NCBI GenBank assembly: GCA_963735805.1
Contig: CAVTMK010000002.1
Location: forward strand, 288,001-352,000
Origin: an uncultured Verrucomicrobiae bacterium
Lineage (GTDB): Bacteria > Verrucomicrobiota > Verrucomicrobiia > Chthoniobacterales > UBA10450
Length of the DNA: 64,000 nt
Direction: 5' to 3'
Of this stretch, positions 29,735 to 38,333 are shown piece by piece (the stretch's first letter is position 1; every line of letters starts with the position of its first letter). The position numbers were made by a program, and so were the translations under genes. The notes beneath the pieces are model-generated. The model was not told where the DNA came from. It ran no database searches and saw nothing but the letters and a program-made list of their open reading frames with translations.

Positions 29735-29831
29735 CGGAGAGGATAGGAATCGAACCTACCTCGGCCCCGGGTATGCGGAGCCGACAACGGTTTTGAAGAC
29801 CGCGAGGACCACCAGGCACCCTTCACTCTCC
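29735..29831 (-). tRNA. selC: tRNA-Sec (anticodon UCA)
   Basis: GGAGAGUG...GCGGU-CUUCAAA-ACCGU, 9-bp variable stem UCGGCUCCG/CGGGGCCGA, GUAGG-UUCGAUU-CCUAU, CUCUCC-G; anticodon at 29794-29796; inside the sel operon. Confidence 0.95.
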
Positions 29832-29866
29832 TAGTTACGGATCGCGGATTGTGGATTGCGCAAAAT

Positions 29867-30103
29867 TTATTTTGCTTTCTTGATCGCCGTGACAATGGCG
29901 TCGAAGTCCGGCCAATCGCCGGTGTCGAGTTTGGAATGGAGTAACTTGCCATTGGCGCGAACCTCGAAAGCGCCGCCACTCGAGGGAATCAAGGTCAGCG
30001 ACTTGATGCGCTCACCGAGCTCAAGAATTTTGGTCGCCAAACTGACGGCCTTCGGCGTGTAGTTTCAAACGACGCAGTATTCGATCGACACTTCGGTTTT
30101 CAC
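29867..30103 (-). CDS. SelW/SelT/SelH (Rdx)-family selenoprotein, CxxU, 78 aa
   Basis: Not in ORF track. AAGGAG SD, GTG at 30103: MKTEVSIEYCVV-UGA(30065-30067)-NYTPKAVSLATKILELGERIKSLTLIPSSGGAFEVRANGKLLHSKLDTGDWPDFDAIVTAIKKAK*. IEYCxxU, GG.FEV, SK..G.P are Rdx hallmarks. Confidence 0.93.
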
Positions 30104-30125
30104 CGACAATCTCCTTTCCGAAATG

Positions 30126-30154
30126 AAACTATCGGCGCGATGAAATGAGGTCAA
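30126..30154 (-). promoter_or_regulatory. Sigma70-type promoter for the sel operon
   Basis: Minus strand TTGACC-17 nt-TAGTTT just upstream of the selW-like start. Confidence 0.65.
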
Positions 30155-30237
30155 GAAATGTCCCGGAAAGGAATGGCGTTTGCGGAGACGCGGACCAATG
30201 AAGGCGCTTGACACAATTGTCGTGTTTAAGGAAGTGT

Positions 30238-30267
30238 AGCCGTAACCCGCTCCACCGGGTTACGGCT
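30238..30267. terminator. 12-bp hairpin (terminator or single REP) downstream of the outer-membrane protein gene
   Basis: AGCCGTAACCCG-CTCCAC-CGGGTTACGGCT; no long U-tract; preceded by TGT (GTAG-type REP start). Confidence 0.45.
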
Positions 30268-30362
30268 TCTCCACTTCAGCAACTCCGAAAACGTTCGAAG
30301 CTGTCAGCCCTGAAGATGTTTCGGAAACGTTGATCCAAGATGCCTTTTGAGCTGGTTGTCAG

Positions 30363-32063
30363 CTAAAACGCGAAGTTGAGACCGCTGCGAAACATTCCAA
30401 AATTGTTTTGCGGCCCATCGATCACGCCGAAGGATAAGTCGTTAGTCCAACCAATATGGCGCGCGACTCGGAATTCGACTCCGACTCCAAATTGCCCGAC
30501 CACTTTGGTTTCAGCACCGAAGTGATCCGTCTGTGCATTAACAGCAAACGCATCCGGCGGCCCCTGCGTGTGAACGATATCCCTTTCGCCGCCGCCAAAA
30601 ATCGCGCCCACACCCGCCCATGCATAGGGTGATAAACGTGTGCAAGGAATCGGATAGCGCAGCGTAAGCGTTCCTAAAACAGAGCCGATGGTGTGATCGT
30701 GATTAATTCTTCGGTGAACAAAAATCGGAACCGTTTGATCCTCGAAGATATCGAAACCAGGCTTGCTGGCGTCCAGAGCGAATCCTTCAACACCGATACC
30801 AGCATACCGACAGAAAAAATACTTGATGTCGCCTCCGCCGCCCCACGCGTGATCCCCACCAATATAATGATCGTAGGTGCCAAGCACGGCGCCGCCCTCA
30901 CTGGTACTTTGTACGATGTCCACCAGCGAAGGATTAGGCGCGAATTCGGTGTTGGTAAATGTATAGGTGCCCCAGAGATTCACATTCCATTCGCGATCGC
31001 CGTACCAATCCGGACATGGCGGCGCGACCTGCTTCATCTCTTTGTCTGAATCTTTACCAGCGCCGGAAACCTTGGTCAGATAACGGAATCGACTGGACAC
31101 TGGCGCTTCGGCTTCGGCGCGTTCGCCACCGAAGAGCCAGGAAAAGGCAACAAAAACATCGGCGACTGGCGAATCGTGAGTGCACCCAAACAACGGCGAA
31201 ATATCAAGCCGCGTATTTGCTGTCGGTTTCCAGGCAACGGTTGGACCGAGGACGAAGCTGTTCACGGCATCGCCGCGGGTATCTTTCGTGGTGACGTTCC
31301 GATATAGCATTTCTATGCCGACTTTCAGACGTTCGTTAGGCAAGAGGACCGGCGTCATGGCAGCCTGTGAGAAGCCCCATTCCCGACCGCGATCTCCAGT
31401 GTTCTCTTTTTCGAAGAACCAGTTCATGGCCCATTCGACGCGTCCGAAGAATTCCTGAGCGAGAAGCAAACGAACTTCGTACGCATCGGGAACCTTCGGC
31501 GGACCGCCCTCTTCCTCCTCTTCTTCTTCTCCTCCTCCGCCTGGAGGCGGTGGAACTTCTTCGTGTCGAATTGTACCGACACCGAATTTATATTCCGCGA
31601 AGAGAGTTGGATTGAGCGGAATCTTGTTCCAGTCAGCAAGCGCCCATCGCGCTTCCAGACTCACTGTCTGCACACCGCCACCGCCATTAAATCGTTCCAA
31701 CTCTGTTTCGGCCGCGATATTAAAACGATACGGCAAACCCATTTCGATCTCTTGGGTGAAAAGATAATCAGGTGGTCCGTGTCGGAACCCCTGACCTTCA
31801 AAGAGTTCGCCGAAGAAGAATGCCCATGGCGGCAACACGTAGGCATTTACTGCGTTGGAAAAACGGCTGCGGGAAAACCCAGGTGGCGCGCCGTAAGCAC
31901 TCGGCACTTCCTCGCCCGTGACTACAATTGGCTGTTCGTCTCTTAATGTTACCTCTTGCGCGGAGGCCGAATGACTTACGGTGGGAAGTACGAAACCTAT
32001 ACAGGCGATCAACTGAACTAACCATCGCAGGGGAATTCCGCAGAAAAGTGACGTTTTTGTCAT
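30363..32063 (-). CDS. Putative outer-membrane beta-barrel protein (two barrel-like modules)
   Basis: Signal peptide, amphipathic beta strands, internal VFVAFSWLF and terminal GLNFAF beta-signal-like ends. Confidence 0.65.
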   Translation of the reverse strand: MTKTSLFCGIPLRWLVQLIACIGFVLPTVSHSASAQEVTLRDEQPIVVTGEEVPSAYGAPPGFSRSRFSNAVNAYVLPPWAFFFGELFEGQGFRHGPPDYLFTQEIEMGLPYRFNIAAETELERFNGGGGVQTVSLEARWALADWNKIPLNPTLFAEYKFGVGTIRHEEVPPPPGGGGEEEEEEEGGPPKVPDAYEVRLLLAQEFFGRVEWAMNWFFEKENTGDRGREWGFSQAAMTPVLLPNERLKVGIEMLYRNVTTKDTRGDAVNSFVLGPTVAWKPTANTRLDISPLFGCTHDSPVADVFVAFSWLFGGERAEAEAPVSSRFRYLTKVSGAGKDSDKEMKQVAPPCPDWYGDREWNVNLWGTYTFTNTEFAPNPSLVDIVQSTSEGGAVLGTYDHYIGGDHAWGGGGDIKYFFCRYAGIGVEGFALDASKPGFDIFEDQTVPIFVHRRINHDHTIGSVLGTLTLRYPIPCTRLSPYAWAGVGAIFGGGERDIVHTQGPPDAFAVNAQTDHFGAETKVVGQFGVGVEFRVARHIGWTNDLSFGVIDGPQNNFGMFRSGLNFAF

Positions 32064-32371
32064 AAGTCTCCCGTATGATTACCGGACTGTAATGATTGGC
32101 AAGACAAATTTTTGCTCACCTCTGGACCCGGCAATCGGAGAGGGTAGGCGTTTCGTCACCTCGCTCGCTATTGCTCGAGTCGTGGCCACGACTTGCATGT
32201 CGCTCACATGCTTGCTTAGTACGGCTTCTCCGCAGATCGCGCTGGAGTGTGGCCAAAGCCCGTTCCACCGGGCTGCGGCCCCTCCAGTTCAGCAAGCCCG
32301 AATGCTTTCGGGCCCTGCTCCCATTTCAAAGGAAAAAAGGCTGAGCAATGCAAAAGGCACGCGCCCCAAAT

Positions 32372-33793
32372 TTAGCGCCTTGCGACTGCGCGTTCGCAGA
32401 AGCCGTTCTTTGGCTCAAACAATTGAATTGCAGGCGAATTGGAATGAATCTTCCGACCAGTTGATGATCTCCCATTGGGACTGGAAGCATCCCTCGGCAA
32501 AGCTCCAGCGTTCGATGGGCGCAGTCGAACAATCGGTATTTCCGGATTTTTAAATTCCACTACGGCGTATTCGCTGTCCCGGAGCATCCACAGAAAGTTC
32601 TGGATTGTCAGCCTGCGATAATCCCGTATCCCAGGATGCGAGAGCTTGCGATACGTTTCGGCAACACTGATGCGCCCGCCGGCTTCGCGCACAACGTAGG
32701 CCAGGGCGAGATCGAATTGGTAGTTGGAGTCATTGATGCGTCGCAGTTTAGGGTTTGTTGCCGGCCAGCAAGGAATGCCCTTATCGAGCGCCACGATCAA
32801 ACGCACATGCGCTTGCATCGACAATCGAAAGGCACGCGTGATCGGTCGCGACGAAGAGGCTCCCGAGCGATCGACCCACTTCTCAAGCAGTTGGGGAGTC
32901 AGTGGACAAATCGTCGAGAGACAACGCCACTTTATTATTTCCAGAAGTCTGGGCACTCGAGGCCCCCACATTTTCCTCAAGCTATCCAGGGTGTTCGTAA
33001 ACACTTTGTGCACACGGGCGCGCGTCAAACCGTACCGTCGTCCGATTTCTGCATGGCTCAGGCAAAGAAGATCCGCGTGCGGACTGCGGGCGCCCATTTT
33101 TGCTCCGATCTTGGCAAGAACAAATTGTCTGTCACGAAGCGGTAGCTTTGCCAAGCCTCGCTCAAGCAAAGTCAGTAATTCGACCGCCGCCGTGGCCTCG
33201 TGAATCTGCCCCAGATCAAATTCGCCGGAAGCCGCGCGCTCAATCAAATGCTGTATCTCGCTAAGCGTTCGCCATCCACAGGCTTTATGTTGAAGCAATT
33301 CAAAAGCGTTACGCTCATCGAGGTCACCCAAAGTTCTGGCGCCGATGGAGCGGACCACATTGGCCAAACGCTTCGTTATCGGCAATTCGTGGAAGGAAAG
33401 ATGGCAAATCGATTCCGGAATGACAAAGCTGGCCGCATCTTCTTGCACTTTTGGAGTGGCCACTTCAGCCCCCGTCGTGGTAAAAATGTGTAATGGCGTG
33501 TGCGCAGCGTGATCGCCACGGCGCCGGTGACCATTAGACGAAGCCTTCCCATTTTGGAATCGTGCGCGGCGTGCCAGCAAATCCAACTCGTAAAGCGTTT
33601 TTGGTCCACAATTCTTTTCCCAGGCGAAGTCAACCACCTTCCGTCCGTGCAGGTCGCCGAGCACGTGGACGCCGAACCGGTCTAGCACAGCGCTGAGGCG
33701 CGCTGAGGTTTGCCGGGTATCCAGAGGTTGATTCCGAAGGCTCGCGGGAATCTCAATCGCCTTGGAAAATGAATGGAGAGCGAGGGCTGGCAT
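32372..33793 (-). CDS. Protein with two RNAP alphaCTD-like (HhH) repeats and a sigma70 region-4 HTH
   Basis: SARLSAVLDRFGVHVLGDL...KNCGPKTLYEL and TKRLANVVRSIGARTLGDL...KACGWRTLSEI; LPLRDRQFV...LSHAEIGRRYGLTRARVHKV. Confidence 0.7.
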   Translation of the reverse strand: MPALALHSFSKAIEIPASLRNQPLDTRQTSARLSAVLDRFGVHVLGDLHGRKVVDFAWEKNCGPKTLYELDLLARRARFQNGKASSNGHRRRGDHAAHTPLHIFTTTGAEVATPKVQEDAASFVIPESICHLSFHELPITKRLANVVRSIGARTLGDLDERNAFELLQHKACGWRTLSEIQHLIERAASGEFDLGQIHEATAAVELLTLLERGLAKLPLRDRQFVLAKIGAKMGARSPHADLLCLSHAEIGRRYGLTRARVHKVFTNTLDSLRKMWGPRVPRLLEIIKWRCLSTICPLTPQLLEKWVDRSGASSSRPITRAFRLSMQAHVRLIVALDKGIPCWPATNPKLRRINDSNYQFDLALAYVVREAGGRISVAETYRKLSHPGIRDYRRLTIQNFLWMLRDSEYAVVEFKNPEIPIVRLRPSNAGALPRDASSPNGRSSTGRKIHSNSPAIQLFEPKNGFCERAVARR

Positions 33794-33948
33794 GGCGGTT
33801 CTTTCTTACGAGCATTACAGGATTGTAATGTTTGACAAGTACAAATTTTTTGGATGGTCCCAAGATATGTTTCGCTCTCTCCCGGCCGAGAGTTACTTAA
33901 TCGACGAATTCTGTTGAGAGAGGTACACTTCGCCTTGCGGCCGCGCAA

Positions 33949-34176
33949 ATGGGACGGCAACGCGGGGAAATGGTCCAGATGAAGTCACTTCCCACCTCCG
34001 TTCAGCAGACAATCAACCAAAAGGCCGCCGGGGGAGAAATCGTTCGGGTGAAAAGGGAAGACGACACGGATGGCAAGTGGAATTACGAAGTCGTCGTGCG
34101 CTCCCAGGGGAAAGAATGGGGATTCGAGGTTGACCCGAACGGGAAATTACTCAAGACCCACCCCGAAAAAAAATAA
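33949..34176 (+). CDS. Small PepSY-like domain protein (possibly N-terminally truncated)
   Basis: LP.SVQQTI...GGEI..V.RE...YEV...G.EWGFEVDPNGKLL; no signal peptide. Confidence 0.6.
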   Translation: MGRQRGEMVQMKSLPTSVQQTINQKAAGGEIVRVKREDDTDGKWNYEVVVRSQGKEWGFEVDPNGKLLKTHPEKK

Positions 34177-34222
34177 CGAAGCTCGCGAGGCCGTCACCGG
34201 GCGGTTGGAGACGCCATCTCGT

Positions 34223-35635
34223 TCATGCCGGCTGGCGCACGAGGAGATCATGCTGCTTTGGAAAAATGAGACTGACGATAGTGCCGCGACCGATTTCGCT
34301 TTGAATCGTGGCGGTGCCGCCGTGCAAATCGACAATCGACTTCACCAAAGCCAGGCCCAGACCCGCTCCATCAGATCCGCGTGAGGACTCTGCCCGGTAA
34401 AACCGATCGAACACTCGCGGCAAATGTTCGGGGGCTATTCCGGAGCCATTATCGCTAACGGCGACTTCGAAATCCGTCGCGTGTTCGGCGAGGGCAATTT
34501 GAATGGAACCGTTCTGGGGGGTAAAACGCAGCGCGTTATCCACCAGATTTCCCACAGCGCGCTCAAACAAGGCGGGGTCCGCAGAAATCTCTCCTTGCCC
34601 GCTGCAATTGATGGCGACAGAGCGATCTTCGGCGATCGTTTCATAAAACTCCGCAATTTTCTCCACTGCCGCGCGGGCGTCGAATCGCTTGCGCTCAACC
34701 GGTTCGCGTGCCGCGTCTACCCGCGCAACGAATAGCAAGTTATCCACGATGCCGGAAAGCCGTTCGCATTCGCCGATCGTGGACTCGATGGTTTCGCGGT
34801 ATTCTTCGGGGCTGCGGTCGCGCGACAGAGCGACCTGCGCCTCACCCAGCATATTTGCGATGGGAGTGCGCAATTCGTGTGCGAGGTCGGCGGAGAATTG
34901 AGAAAGCCGTGTAAAGGAATCATCAAGTCGCTTGAGCATTTCATCGAAAGCGATGGCCAGGGGCTGAAGTTCGCGCGGCCAGTTGGCTGGCCCCACACGC
35001 TCGTCGAGGTGCGTTGGCCCAATTCGTTCCAGTGAGCGCCTCATTTCTTCCAACGGACGCAGACCGCGCCTGGTGACGGAGATCGCAATTAGAATAGAGG
35101 CGAGAATGCTGCCTGAAAGAACGAGCAGAGCCAAAATACCAAATCGCCTTTCGACCTGCTCGTCGCTGGAGCGATCTTGCGCCACTTGAATCGTAAACGG
35201 CTGGCCATTTGCCAGGGCGTGTCTTGTCGTTAACGCAAACGATTTCCCGGCGACTCGATATTCAGTCGGCGCTGCAATTTCGCGTGAAGCAGGCGCGGGA
35301 AAGATATTTGCCGGCAACAGCGTCTCCATCCCGGTTGTCTGCCCGACGGTCGCGCCCGACGGATCGAGCACACGCACCAGAAAGGGAGCGCGCTGCCGAT
35401 TACCTGTTGCATTGATTTCCGCATCGACCGCAGCCAATCCACCTCGTTGTTGAAAACTCGTTTGCAATGCGTCCACCTTGTCCGCGAGCACAGCATTATC
35501 TTCGGCGAACGCGTGGCGAACGACGATCCAGTAAAAGACACCCAGTCCGCAGGCGAGCAAGAGAGCTGCAGCCAGCGTAAAAAGCAGAATGAGCTGGGAG
35601 GCAATGGAGCGCGGTTCAGGGCGCTTTGAGAACAT
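34223..35635 (-). CDS. Heavy-metal sensor histidine kinase (CusS-like)
   Basis: 2 TM, HAMP (WPREL.PLA.AFDEML.RL), QFSADLAHELRTP, NLVDNALRF, FDRFYR, GAGLGLA. Confidence 0.88.
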   Translation of the reverse strand: MFSKRPEPRSIASQLILLFTLAAALLLACGLGVFYWIVVRHAFAEDNAVLADKVDALQTSFQQRGGLAAVDAEINATGNRQRAPFLVRVLDPSGATVGQTTGMETLLPANIFPAPASREIAAPTEYRVAGKSFALTTRHALANGQPFTIQVAQDRSSDEQVERRFGILALLVLSGSILASILIAISVTRRGLRPLEEMRRSLERIGPTHLDERVGPANWPRELQPLAIAFDEMLKRLDDSFTRLSQFSADLAHELRTPIANMLGEAQVALSRDRSPEEYRETIESTIGECERLSGIVDNLLFVARVDAAREPVERKRFDARAAVEKIAEFYETIAEDRSVAINCSGQGEISADPALFERAVGNLVDNALRFTPQNGSIQIALAEHATDFEVAVSDNGSGIAPEHLPRVFDRFYRAESSRGSDGAGLGLALVKSIVDLHGGTATIQSEIGRGTIVSLIFPKQHDLLVRQPA

Positions 35636-36284
35636 AACCCATGCCGCGGATGGTATGGACCAGTTTGGTCTTAAACGGATCGTCCACCTTTGCTCGCAAG
35701 CGACGCACTACCACATCGACGACGTTTGTATCGGTTTTAAACCCTATGTCCCACACGTGTTCTGCAATTTCGGCGCGCGATACAACTTCACCGGCCGAAT
35801 GCACCAGATGAGCCAGCAGAATAAACTCTTTCGGCGTCAGATTCAGTGGAACGCCGCCCCGCTCGGCGCGCTGATGGCGCGTATCGATTTCCAGATCGTC
35901 GATCCGCAATTTGTCCCGACGCGCAGGCGTACGACGCATCAGCGAACGTACGCGTGCGAGCAATTCCGAAAACGCGAATGGTTTCACCACGTAATCATCC
36001 GCGCCGATCTCCAACCCCTTTACGCGATCGGGCACGCTGTCGCGCGCAGTCAAAAAGATAACCGGCGTCTGCATCTTGGCCGCTCGCAATTCTTGCACCA
36101 AGGCCCAACCGTCCTTTTTTGGAAGCATGATATCGACAATGAGAAGGTCGAACGTGCTCGCACGCGCTGCAGCGAGCCCGGCCTCGCCGTCCGCGGCAAG
36201 ATCAACCCCGAAACCGGCTTCGCGCAGGCCCTTTGCCAGAAAGGCCGCCGTTTTCTTTTCGTCCTCGATCACCAGAATTCGCAT
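35616..36284 (-). CDS. Heavy-metal response regulator (CusR-like, OmpR family)
   Basis: MRILVIEDE.KTA..L.KGL.E.G, DIMLP, GADDYVVKPFAFSELLARVR, TNVVDV.VRRLRAKVDDPF..KL.HT.RGMGY. Confidence 0.9.
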   Translation of the reverse strand: MRILVIEDEKKTAAFLAKGLREAGFGVDLAADGEAGLAAARASTFDLLIVDIMLPKKDGWALVQELRAAKMQTPVIFLTARDSVPDRVKGLEIGADDYVVKPFAFSELLARVRSLMRRTPARRDKLRIDDLEIDTRHQRAERGGVPLNLTPKEFILLAHLVHSAGEVVSRAEIAEHVWDIGFKTDTNVVDVVVRRLRAKVDDPFKTKLVHTIRGMGYVLKAP

Positions 36285-36391
36285 AATCCCGATAATCTTC
36301 GTCTAGTTCTTTCTCATAGCTCTGCTCCACTCCGGATTCTATGGAGCATGAGCGAGAGCAAGAGCATGAGCAAGACAAGAAATAGACAAAC

Positions 36392-36833
36392 CTATGAGGC
36401 AATTTGCTCTCGCTTGGGCGGCAGAGCGATCGCCAGACCGGCAAGCAAAAACGTGGTTGCCGCAGAGAACAGGCAATAACGGCAGTAGGCATGCAGCAGG
36501 AAGGCCTGAACGTAAAGGAACCAGAGCGTAGCCAGGAACATCGCACCAATCGGTCAAAATGAGGAATATTCGCGCGCGCGAGTAGCCGAACGCTGCGAAT
36601 GTGGCGAAGGTAAATACGCTGAAGTAGGCCAGTGCCCCAAACATGGCCACCGGCATTCCCGCTACCTTCGCGTACGAACTGCCCAGGACTCGGAAACAAT
36701 CCGGTGAGCCCCCACAGCCGAGTGTCTCGCCCGTCAACGCCTGCACCGACAGATAAGTTGCGTCCGCCAGTCCCGCCAGCGAAACGATCGCTACAACGAT
36801 AAAAATGATCGTGCGAAATCGCGCTACTGTCAT
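36392..36833 (-). CDS. VKOR-family disulfide-bond formation protein, +1 frameshift near 36551
   Basis: N-half has C.....C..VL.S.YA. Removing one base after ILT gives IGAMFLATLWFLYVQAFLLHAYCRYCLFSA...EQIAS* with the catalytic CxxC. Span 442 nt = 3n+1. Assembly error or pseudogene. Confidence 0.8.
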
Positions 36834-37495
36834 GTCCGCGATTTTTTTTCCAGCGCTGCGTTGATCTCGGCGCGAATGCCCTCTGGGTTCTTGTCTCTTT
36901 GATCCACTGGCTGATTATTAATAAACAGAGTCGGGGTCGTCTGTATCCCCAGTGATTCGCCGCGTTGGCGATCCGCCTCGACTCGTGCCCTGGTCTTCTC
37001 GCCGTCCATGTCTTTTTTGAATTTATCAAGATCGAGTCCGATCATCCCGGCATAGGATTCGAACAATTCGCGGGGGTTAGGCGCTTTGCTCCACGCCTCT
37101 TGTTCTCGATAGAGGACGTCGTGCATCTCCCAAAAATGGCCCTGCAGTCCCGCCGCTTCCGCGGCCAGCGCCGCTTCGCGGGCGTGCTCGTGCACCGTTA
37201 ACGGAAAATTCCGAAAGACCACACGCAAACGCGAATCGTATTCTTTCTCCAGCTGGCCAGCAAATGCCGCGAACATGCCGCACGGCGGGCATTGAAAATC
37301 GCCGTACTCTTCCAGTGTTACTGGCGCATCGGGATTGCCGCGAATGTGGGCTGACTCGGTGTCGCCTTTCCCGGGGGCCTTATTGTCGGGAATGGAGAGG
37401 AGGTGCGGCTGCTTTGCGCGGTAGAGCATCGCGCCGCTTCCGAGCGTGGCCAATGCAACAACGGCAACAATGACGAAGGGCAAATTTCGCTTCAT
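36830..37495 (-). CDS. DsbA-family thiol-disulfide oxidoreductase
   Basis: Start MKRNLPF; EYGDFQCPPC, FRNFPL..H, G.FWEMHD, GIQTTPT. Confidence 0.9.
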   Translation of the reverse strand: MKRNLPFVIVAVVALATLGSGAMLYRAKQPHLLSIPDNKAPGKGDTESAHIRGNPDAPVTLEEYGDFQCPPCGMFAAFAGQLEKEYDSRLRVVFRNFPLTVHEHAREAALAAEAAGLQGHFWEMHDVLYREQEAWSKAPNPRELFESYAGMIGLDLDKFKKDMDGEKTRARVEADRQRGESLGIQTTPTLFINNQPVDQRDKNPEGIRAEINAALEKKSRT

Positions 37496-37777
37496 AGATG
37501 AAGAGCGGAGAGCGAAAAGTTTCGATGCAACGAATGAGTCGTCAAGGGCAAGTAATAGAACCACCACGTAAACGCCAAAAGGGCCGGCTCAAATGGAGCG
37601 GCTTGATGACGAACAACAAAATGTCGAATGTTTAATCACAAAGGAATATCGACGTCCGAATCCAGAAACAATCGGCTGCAATTTTTTCTCGTTCGATCGT
37701 TTCGGGCTTCCTTTGTGATCGGTAATTCGGGGTTCGCCATCATTGACCGATATAAAGCTGTGAGGGTAAATTTGACG

Positions 37778-38164
37778 ATGGAATTGCCAAGATTTTCAAT
37801 TGCACTGCTAAGTCTGCTCATGTGCGCCGGTTTTTTATCAGGCCAAACGCCATCTGGTTCGGAAACGGGGATCGAAGGGGTCATCATGATTAAGCCGGCT
37901 CAGCCCGGTCCCGCGCGGACTGGGGCTCCCGATTCAATACCGCTGGCGGACGTCGCTTTCGGGGTCGCGAACCAAAAGGGCGAGGTTACATCGTTTACCA
38001 CGGACCATGAGGGGCGTTTTCGAACGCCGCTGCCGCCTGGGCATTACAAGGTTTCTCTGAAGGGAAGGACACGCGGTGTTGGACGTTACGGGCCTTTCGA
38101 AGTCGATGTTGTGGCTGGCAAAATGACAAATGTCCAGTGGCAATGCGACTCGGGTCTTCGGTAG
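37778..38164 (+). CDS. Small secreted protein, carboxypeptidase-regulatory-like (prealbumin-fold) domain
   Basis: Signal peptide MELPRFSIALLSLL; TTDHEGRFR..LPPG.YKV. Confidence 0.65.
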   Translation: MELPRFSIALLSLLMCAGFLSGQTPSGSETGIEGVIMIKPAQPGPARTGAPDSIPLADVAFGVANQKGEVTSFTTDHEGRFRTPLPPGHYKVSLKGRTRGVGRYGPFEVDVVAGKMTNVQWQCDSGLR

Positions 38165-38333
38165 AGAGACCAGCCATTCCTGTGGGGCGGCGCGTCTCGT
38201 TGACTGCAGCAAAGCACTCGATGTTGCTCGCCCACCAGGTCGAGGGTCGGCGAGCACCGACTACACTGGCGCGGAAGATTCGCGAATTCTTTCGCCAGTT
38301 GCGCGATTAACGATTTACGAACCAATCACGCTT

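Noticed and set aside
29735..29831. selC as a genomic-island integration site
   Set aside because: No integrase and no duplicated tRNA 3' end seen in the window.
29599..29979. 126-aa minus-strand ORF and 29565..29834 plus-strand ORF
   Set aside because: They overlap tRNA-Sec, a REP and the real selW-like/selD frames.
36344..36380. GAGCA(T/A)-type hexamer repeat
   Set aside because: Short degenerate intergenic repeat, only translated because of the VKOR frameshift; no evidence of function.
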